Source: Bacteroidota bacterium (GTDB taxonomy: Bacteria > Bacteroidota > Bacteroidia > Flavobacteriales_F > PHOS-HE28). Taken from it: a stretch of 48,464 nt of DNA. The position numbers and the translations under genes were made by a program. The stretch lies in contig JAEZCB010000091.1 in assembly GCA_023412755.1 (NCBI GenBank), positions 1 to 48,464 on the forward strand, in the 5' to 3' direction. The notes beneath the pieces were generated by a model. That model saw only the letters and a list, made by a program, of their open reading frames with translations. It did not search any database and was not told where the DNA came from. Shown here in pieces: positions 43,201 to 48,464 of this stretch (position 1 is the stretch's first letter; each line of letters begins with the position of its first letter).

Positions 43201-45844
43201 CCGTAGCATTCTACGGATCCATGATGTGTTGCAGGATGCCCGCTATGGCAGGAACAAGCCCTATAAGGGCATGCCTCCGGGCCACCCACCTGTCCGAAGC
43301 TATCTGTCCGTACCGGTCATTTCCAGAAATGGCGAGGTGTTGGGCGGACTCTTCTATGGGCATTCCACTCCTGGCGTTTTCACCGCTTCGGCAGAGGAAA
43401 CCATCTTGGCACTGGCCGCACAGGCCGCCATGGCCATAGATAATTCCAATCTCTACCAGGCGCTGCAGCGCGAGCTGGAAGCACAGCGCCAGGGACGGCA
43501 GGCATTGCAGGCGAGCGAGGAACTGCTTCGCCATGTGGTGGAAAGCCTTCCAGTGGCCATGTTCACATGCGACAGGAATGGTACTGTTCTGGTCCATAAT
43601 GAGGCGCTGACACAGTTGATCGGCTCCACGCCAAAAGTGGGCGTGGACAAATGGCGCGACCTTGTCACGCATTACAACACGGATGGAAGTCCGATCGGCG
43701 AAAAAGAATATCCCCTGGCCAGGGCCTTGACGGAGGGAAAGGGATCCTTGGATCAGGAGGTGATCATGGAGTTCAAGAACGGACGGCGCATCACCGCGTT
43801 GGTGAATTCCATTCCCATGCATGATGAACAGGGAACGATAACCGGTGCGATCAAAGTGGTGGTCGACATTTCTGAGCGAAAGTCGCTGGAATTGGAGCAA
43901 CAGCATTCGGCCGAGCATCTCCAATTGAGCATGGACATAGCCAGGTTGGGCAGCTGGAGCTATGAGTTCCCTACGAAAGTGGTGGAAATGGATAGCCGGT
44001 GCCAGGAGATCCACGGTGTGCGGCCGGAGGAAGTACAAGAAGATATCCACCAGAAGGTGGTGCATCCGGATGATATGGCCGCACGGACCAAGGCTCTGCA
44101 GGAAGCCCTGGATCCCGTCGGCAATGGTAGAATGGAATTGGAGCACCGCATCTATAACCAAAAGGATGGGGAATTGCGGTGGGTGCGACTTGCTGCCAAG
44201 GTCTTTTTCGAGAATGGCCAGCCACATAGAATGATCGGCACCGTTCAGGATATAACCGAGCGGAAACTGGCACAGGAGGCATTGCGTGAGAGCGAGGAAC
44301 GATTCCGCATGCTCTCCAAACACATGGATCAGATGGCCTGGATCGCCAACGAGCAATACAGGCTCATCTGGATGAATGAGCGCTGGTTCGATTTCACCGG
44401 GCTGGGCATGGATGAGATCCGCGAGAACGGAGGCATACGCATCTACCATCCGGATGACAAGGAGCAGCTCGCCACGCTTTTCCGTGAAAGGCTCCGCTCG
44501 AATAAGCCCTGGGAAGAAGTATTCCGCCTGCGCCGATGGGATGGCGTGTACCGCTGGTTCCTTACACGTGCCACACCCATGCTGGACGCGGAGGGGAATG
44601 TGATGCGCTGGTTCGGCACCAATACCGATATCACGGAGAGCAAGGAAGCCCAGGAGGCATTGCGCCAGGCGGACCAACGCAAGGACCATTTCCTCGCCAC
44701 GCTCGCACATGAATTGAGAAGTCCCCTGGCACCGCTGCGCAACGGGCTGGAGTTGTTACCCATGATCACGGATAACGATGAGGAGGTGGCACGTGTGCAC
44801 GCCATGATGCAGCGCCAGCTATCGCACATGGTGAACCTCATCGATGATCTGATGGACTTGAGCCGCATAAGCCGGGAGATGATCCAGCTGCGCTCAGAGC
44901 AGGTAGATCTGATGTCCGCCGCAGCACAGGCCATTGAAGCGGTACAGCCCATGCTTGATGGCTTCGGGCATGCATTCACGTACAAGGCGCCCACCGAACG
45001 GATGATCGCCTCCGGGGATGGTACCAGGATCACCCAGATGATCAACAACCTGTTGAACAATGCCGCGAAATACACACCGCGAAATGGCAGGATCGAACTG
45101 ACGCTTGAACGCGATAAGGACCATGCGGTGATCCAGGTGAAGGATAATGGACTCGGCATACCGGCGGAGATGCTGCCACGTGTGTTCGATATGTTCTCAC
45201 AGGTGAACAGTTCAAAGGGCAGCAGTGGCGGGGGGTTGGGCATAGGCCTGCATATCGTGAAAAAGCTGGTGGAGATGCACAAGGGCACCGTTGAAGTACA
45301 AAGCGATGGGGAGGGGAAAGGCAGCTTGTTCACCATAAGGTTGCCTTTGTCCGGGCACGGGGAAATGATCACCGCCAAAGACCCGCCAGAAACGACAAGC
45401 GTGCTTCAGCGCAAACGGATCATGGTGGTGGACGATAACCGGGATTCGGCCAGTTCGCTGGCCGCCGTGCTGGGAGCCATGGGGCAGGAAACGCTTGTGG
45501 CCAACGATGGCGAAGAGGCCGTGGCCATGGCCGAAAGAAAGAGACCAGACCTGGTCTTCATGGATATCGGCATGCCCAGGATGAACGGTTATGAAGCATG
45601 CAAGGCCATTCGCGCAAGGGAGTGGGGCAGGGGCATGGTCATCGTGGCCCTTACGGGCTGGGGTTTGGAGCAGGATCGTGAACGCTCCGTGGAAGCGGGC
45701 TTCGATCACCACCTGGTGAAACCCGTGGACCGCGCCCGATTGATCTCCATCCTCAAGGAAGCATCCGCCGAAACCGACCAGGAAGCTGGCGGGGCAGCTG
45801 TGAAAAAGAATTGGACAGGAATGAAGAAAGGCACCGAGCCCTGA
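40208..45844 (+). CDS. 1878-aa multidomain sensor: HTH (excisionase/MerR-like) - CheB-like (degenerate triad) - CheR methyltransferase - PAS - coiled coil - PAS/PAC - GAF - 3x PAS - HisKA - HATPase_c - REC
   Basis: ATG at 40208. The HTH is LSSAEAAELLKCHPNTLRARVRRAELEPVFPDGGRHMFFKKRDVLALLE. The CheB-like domain is VIAIGTCAKGVEGL ... VYVAPP ... LLLTHQEDG. CheR motifs: IRIWVPGCSGGEEVVSIAI, ATDLNEHAIERARLGIY, ISCQNLLIYL. The heptad coiled coil ELQSANEEVVSSNEELQSINEELETSKEELQSINEEFATINEELQQRNDAL spans ~42400-42560. GAF carries SYLSVPVISRNGEVLGGLFYGH. H-box LATLAHELRSPL (His codon 44708-44710, aa 1501). N-box NNLLNNAAKYT, G1 DNGLGI, G2 GGGLGIGL. REC Asp in LVFMDIGMP (45563-45565, aa 1786). Confidence 0.9.
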   Translation: MDSKKDHGPELLSSAEAAELLKCHPNTLRARVRRAELEPVFPDGGRHMFFKKRDVLALLEAGRRKDPQHFPTHTDGFPVIAIGTCAKGVEGLERMMRHLESDLGSAYIVVSDPASGDASAILKSIQQGCTLPVEVVSDGLRLEADKVYVAPPRALISLDQRVFKVSELRTRDRMHGPVDHMFTELARVFQNKAIAVLLLTHQEDGVQGAREVRSEGGVVIADETIFLNGHPIRDTNIVDLILPAERIGSGLSGLHRHFFETSGSLGSRGEDDLQKILILIHQRKGVDLTQYKPATIHRRILRRMALGHISKPSEYYKLLKENTSELDALYNDLLINVTTFFRDPQVFRALARKVLPALMRDRPINDPIRIWVPGCSGGEEVVSIAITILEFLGDRALTTPVQIFATDLNEHAIERARLGIYKQHAVRSLSSRRLKHFFTEIDGHYQVVKTIRDMCVFARHDLIKDPPFSNLDLISCQNLLIYLETPAQAKIMRGFHYGLKQHGFLILGRSETPSAGGDLFLQPDRRYKVYQGKGNTRRRLGVELFAQPAQGGDHSPVPPIRLERRPASKDADIDREVDRILITRFTPPSVVVDAEGQIVRFHGNTTRFLEHGSGKPTLDLLRLIRSDLVFEMRTLLRRARKERTAVVRKGIPSASGGTICEMDLEVIPFGTEQEPHFMVVFREHQLERTEGAGDDARSRDRKDRRIHLLEQELQDMREQMRLISQEFESVTSELQSANEEVVSSNEELQSINEELETSKEELQSINEEFATINEELQQRNDALRESEERLRLSVQTGRMGIWDWEIEKDKITWSDTLYAIHGMEKGEGSMDLAAFLRFIHPEDHGMLRTAIDNAVNEGAPFEVEFRAVRPGGEVRWLFSNATVVREEGVAIRILGATVDVTERKQTELQLRERTRTLEILNEVGEDLVGDRDLNSIVQAVTDAGRSISGAEFGAFFFNVKDDEGGSYMLYTLSGLPREAFANFPMPRNTEIFAPTFSGRSILRIHDVLQDARYGRNKPYKGMPPGHPPVRSYLSVPVISRNGEVLGGLFYGHSTPGVFTASAEETILALAAQAAMAIDNSNLYQALQRELEAQRQGRQALQASEELLRHVVESLPVAMFTCDRNGTVLVHNEALTQLIGSTPKVGVDKWRDLVTHYNTDGSPIGEKEYPLARALTEGKGSLDQEVIMEFKNGRRITALVNSIPMHDEQGTITGAIKVVVDISERKSLELEQQHSAEHLQLSMDIARLGSWSYEFPTKVVEMDSRCQEIHGVRPEEVQEDIHQKVVHPDDMAARTKALQEALDPVGNGRMELEHRIYNQKDGELRWVRLAAKVFFENGQPHRMIGTVQDITERKLAQEALRESEERFRMLSKHMDQMAWIANEQYRLIWMNERWFDFTGLGMDEIRENGGIRIYHPDDKEQLATLFRERLRSNKPWEEVFRLRRWDGVYRWFLTRATPMLDAEGNVMRWFGTNTDITESKEAQEALRQADQRKDHFLATLAHELRSPLAPLRNGLELLPMITDNDEEVARVHAMMQRQLSHMVNLIDDLMDLSRISREMIQLRSEQVDLMSAAAQAIEAVQPMLDGFGHAFTYKAPTERMIASGDGTRITQMINNLLNNAAKYTPRNGRIELTLERDKDHAVIQVKDNGLGIPAEMLPRVFDMFSQVNSSKGSSGGGLGIGLHIVKKLVEMHKGTVEVQSDGEGKGSLFTIRLPLSGHGEMITAKDPPETTSVLQRKRIMVVDDNRDSASSLAAVLGAMGQETLVANDGEEAVAMAERKRPDLVFMDIGMPRMNGYEACKAIRAREWGRGMVIVALTGWGLEQDRERSVEAGFDHHLVKPVDRARLISILKEASAETDQEAGGAAVKKNWTGMKKGTEP

Positions 45845-45859
45845 ACGGGCCGGTGCCTT
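45828..45859. terminator. Strong bidirectional hairpin between the convergent megakinase and SDR genes
   Basis: AAGGCACCG (45828-45836) pairs with CGGTGCCTT (45851-45859). An inner GCCC/GGGC pair flanks the loop TGAAC. The 5' arm lies inside the last codons of the kinase. T-rich runs follow on both strands (TTTCGCTCC on plus, TTTCTTCATTCC on minus). Confidence 0.6.
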
Positions 45860-45875
45860 TCGCTCCATTCCTTTC

Positions 45876-46901
45876 TCAATAGTCGCTGTCGTACTCCTCC
45901 CGATCCGCGTTTCCGCCCAGCAGTATGGCCAGACCAGCGGCGGCTGCCAGGGCCACCACACCTGTGATCACGGGGTTGGTGATCGCGCGTGTATAGATGC
46001 TGTTCTTCATCACATAACCTTCATAATTCCCATGCACGCGCCCACCGCCGGCCGCATGGTGCAGGCCATCGCCATTACGTGATGGCCCGTCCATCTGCTG
46101 CGCATCACCCATGAATTCCTCACTGATCCGATCCGCAAGCCGGGGTGCGATCTGCCGCATGGCACTCATCATCTTGGACGCACTGCCTACGGGGATGTCC
46201 CGGAAAGGCCGCTCGCACGCTTTTAGAATAGCCCTTGCCACCTCTTCCGGAGCGTAAACCGGTGGTGGCAGGGTGGCTCCTTTATCCATGTAGTTTTTGG
46301 CATGCTCGGTATAGGGGGTGTTGGTCCCAGCTGGTTTCACCAGAGTTACAGCGATCGGCGCATCTTCCTCCTCCAATTCGATCCGTAATGCATCCGTGAA
46401 CCCCTTCACGGCATGTTTGCTGGCACTGTACATGCCTTGGATCTGTATCGCCAGATCGGAGAGTTCGCTACCGATATTGATGATGGCGCCACCACGCTCG
46501 CGCAGGTCCTGAGCGGCGATCAACGATCCATACACCACGCCCCAGAAATTCGTGTCGAAGAGTTTGCGGTTGTCCTCATCGCTCACTTCGGCCAGGCGTC
46601 CATAGATGGATACGCCTGCGTTGTTCACCCAGGTATCGTAATGGCCGAAGTACTTCTTCGCCGCGTCGGCGATCTTCTCCACGTCCTCCTTGCGGCCCAC
46701 ATCGGCCACCACGAAAATGGACTCTCCGCCCTTGCGGTTGATCTCATCCGTGATCTTGATGAGGTCTTCCTCACTTCTGGCCGCCAGCACCAACTTTGCT
46801 CCCTCCCGGGCCGCGGCTTGGGCCGTGGCCAGACCGATGCCGCTCGATGCTCCGGTGATCACGATCACCTGTTCTTCCAATGGTCTCAATTTGATCTTCA
46901 T
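45876..46901 (-). CDS. Short-chain dehydrogenase/reductase with a C-terminal extension and terminal TM anchor
   Basis: ATG at 46901. VITGASSGIGLATA, NNAG, and YSASKHAVKG (YxxxK). The ~90-aa extension ends in ITGVVALAAAAGLAILLGG plus an acidic tail. Confidence 0.85.
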   Translation of the reverse strand: MKIKLRPLEEQVIVITGASSGIGLATAQAAAREGAKLVLAARSEEDLIKITDEINRKGGESIFVVADVGRKEDVEKIADAAKKYFGHYDTWVNNAGVSIYGRLAEVSDEDNRKLFDTNFWGVVYGSLIAAQDLRERGGAIINIGSELSDLAIQIQGMYSASKHAVKGFTDALRIELEEEDAPIAVTLVKPAGTNTPYTEHAKNYMDKGATLPPPVYAPEEVARAILKACERPFRDIPVGSASKMMSAMRQIAPRLADRISEEFMGDAQQMDGPSRNGDGLHHAAGGGRVHGNYEGYVMKNSIYTRAITNPVITGVVALAAAAGLAILLGGNADREEYDSDY

Positions 46902-46953
46902 GTTCTCGATCGATTATTTGGATAGTTATCTGCTATGGGCCGTGTAGACACCA

Positions 46954-47331
46954 TCATCCTGTTCTCCCATTCCCCAGTAGCGGTGTGTGCCATGGCCTTT
47001 TTGATGGATCGTTGAATGCATCACTGGTGGGTCCTCCGTCCGCGACGGATCCATCAAGTACCTCGCCACCCTTGCCCGCGTAGGATGCACCATTGCTGTT
47101 AGGCGCCTCCAGCAACGCGAAGCTTTCATCATTAGCAGCGATGGGCTTTAAAGGTGTGAAAGACTCAAATAGGAAGAGGAGCGGATCACCCATCTTCTCC
47201 ACATTATCCTTACCGCGGGATATCACTACTGCATGATCCATGGTGGACCCCATGACTGCCTGACCATGGTCACGCACCACATTCAGCGGCAGCGGATCCT
47301 CCACCGTGCGGTCTTCCTTCCTCGAATGCAT
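46954..47331 (-). CDS. Hypothetical protein (~125 aa) upstream of the SDR
   Basis: It is the only ORF covering this interval. The track start 47343 is TTG; the first ATG is 47331. No motif recognised, and the composition is only moderately protein-like. Confidence 0.35.
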   Translation of the reverse strand: MHSRKEDRTVEDPLPLNVVRDHGQAVMGSTMDHAVVISRGKDNVEKMGDPLLFLFESFTPLKPIAANDESFALLEAPNSNGASYAGKGGEVLDGSVADGGPTSDAFNDPSKRPWHTPLLGNGRTG

Positions 47332-47487
47332 CTTATCGGCCAATTAGTATAAAGTTAGCAACCAAGGGTATGTTGCCTGATGATCAGCTGTTTATACGGT
47401 GCGCCATGGCCGTATGGGGACCATTGTGTTCCCATATCCATCAGGATCGCTGGCCGCCCCCTGATCCCATAGACCTAATTTGGCCGT

Positions 47488-48464
47488 ATGCGTTCGCTGG
47501 TCTTCCTCTTCCTGCTGCCCTTTACCGCCATGGCACAGATCTCTCCTACCATGCTCACCACACTGTCTGGTGAAGTGGCCGAGACCAGTGGTCTTCTGCT
47601 GATCGATGGTGCATGGTGGACCCATAATGATGGTGGCAATGCACCATTGCTTTATAGGATCGATCCCGCCAATGGAGGTGTGTTGAGAACGGTGGAAGTG
47701 ACGAATGTCTCCAACATCGATTGGGAGGATATCGCCGCCGATGACGAATACGTGTACATCGGTGATGTGGGCAACAACAGCGGTGTACGCACGGATCTGC
47801 GGATCCTCAGGTTACCGCTGGCGCTGCTGCAGGATGAGAATGTGACCGGTGTGGAAGCGGATGTGATCGAGTATGCCTATGAGGATCAGACCGAATTCCA
47901 GCCAGCCAACAACGCGAACAACTGGGATTGTGAAGCGATCATGGTCAAGGATGACAGCCTGTTCCTTTTCACCAAGAACTGGCTGGACCAGCAAACCCGC
48001 GTCTATGCCGTTCCCGCGACCCCGGGTCAGCACCAGGCGCTCCTTCGGGACGAGTACGATGTGGAAGGCATGATCACGGGCGCCGCTTATCACGAAGGCA
48101 CCGGCCAGGTGATGCTGGTGGGATATACCAATGGCTTGTTCGTGCCATTCCTGGTCCGGCTAGGCGGGTTCAACGGAAATGATCTTTTCGGTGGAAGCGT
48201 GGTGCGTGAGTCCTTCACTTTGTCGTTCGTGCAGGTGGAGGCGGTGGAATGGCATTCCGATGGAGAGATCTTCATGAGCAACGAGTCCAGCCCTTTCAGT
48301 CAACCGCGGCTTTGGAGCTTGAATGTGCCTGGGACCACCTCTGTCGGCGAAGATGAACGTTCTGGAATGCACGTTCACCCCAATCCGGCCGCAGATGAAT
48401 TGTGGGTGGAAGGGCCGGTGGAGCAGGTGGTCATGGTGGACGCGCTGGGGAAAGAGGTCCGATC
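47488..48464 (+). CDS. Secreted protein with a T9SS (Por) C-terminal sorting domain; 3' end beyond the window
   Basis: Absent from the ORF track because no stop lies in the window. I translated 47488 onward without meeting a stop: MRSLVFLFLLPFTAMAQ (signal peptide) ... ending MHVHPNPAADELWVEGPVEQVVMVDALGKEVR. The P-N-P-A...L.V......V.D..G+ pattern is the start of a type-A T9SS CTD (from ~48367). Confidence 0.75.
   Translation, partial: MRSLVFLFLLPFTAMAQISPTMLTTLSGEVAETSGLLLIDGAWWTHNDGGNAPLLYRIDPANGGVLRTVEVTNVSNIDWEDIAADDEYVYIGDVGNNSGVRTDLRILRLPLALLQDENVTGVEADVIEYAYEDQTEFQPANNANNWDCEAIMVKDDSLFLFTKNWLDQQTRVYAVPATPGQHQALLRDEYDVEGMITGAAYHEGTGQVMLVGYTNGLFVPFLVRLGGFNGNDLFGGSVVRESFTLSFVQVEAVEWHSDGEIFMSNESSPFSQPRLWSLNVPGTTSVGEDERSGMHVHPNPAADELWVEGPVEQVVMVDALGKEVR

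Noticed and set aside
1-48464. A search for mobile elements, phage genes, CRISPR arrays and known defence-system hallmarks (nuclease/ATPase/helicase pairs, reverse transcriptase, TIR/SIR2, restriction-modification).
   Set aside because: No ORF shows transposase, integrase, Cas or typical defence-domain motifs. No repeat-spacer structure is present. The window reads as core chromosome.

Overview
This is a 48.5-kb chromosomal window, gene-dense and above 50% GC by eye. It most likely comes from a Bacteroidota (Flavobacteriia-like) genome. Supporting that: a long LepB with the flavobacterial N-terminal two-TM module, the dapB-lepB linkage, a CarboxypepD_reg-fronted TonB-dependent receptor, a T9SS C-terminal sorting domain, and PD40/OmpA envelope proteins. 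I found no rRNA, tRNA, CRISPR array, transposase, integrase or prophage genes, so the window is core chromosome rather than an obvious mobile island.

Content from left to right:
- Envelope and secretion housekeeping: a TPR lipoprotein, two tandem signal peptidase I genes, and dapB.
- A small surface-polysaccharide cluster: a CapD-like dehydratase, an epimerase and a GT4 glycosyltransferase.
- hslR, followed by AsmA, a TPR/PD40/OmpA protein, and a secreted S1-like protease.
- TerC, a GT22-like membrane glycosyltransferase, an HExxH protein, and an AhpD-like protein.
- Smr, GNAT, an OmpA lipoprotein, CreD, FtsK, a GT87-like glycosyltransferase, and a MORN lipoprotein.
- A TonB-dependent receptor, a secreted PETase/cutinase-like esterase, and MazG.
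- At about 35.9-47.3 kb, a signalling and stress-like island. It holds a sensor-less histidine kinase with a single-domain receiver, a three-gene operon (an LTXXQ-like periplasmic protein plus two four-helix-bundle proteins), a DHp-less kinase remnant fused to a receiver, and an 1878-aa HTH-CheB(degenerate)-CheR-PAS/GAF-HisKA-HATPase-REC megaprotein. A tail-anchored SDR converges on it.

Most interesting observations:
1. The megaprotein architecture and its surrounding island.
2. A roughly 245-aa C-terminal module with two dockerin-like Ca-loop repeats. Two unrelated secreted hydrolases share it, both end in ...LP-stop, and both lack a canonical T9SS tail.
3. The PETase-like esterase.
4. A window-wide but uneven GATC excess, including a GATC cluster in a 430-bp non-coding convergent spacer.

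The ORF track uses GTG and TTG as starts, so I re-trimmed several starts by reading the codons. All functional calls come from motif recognition by eye, not from database searches.
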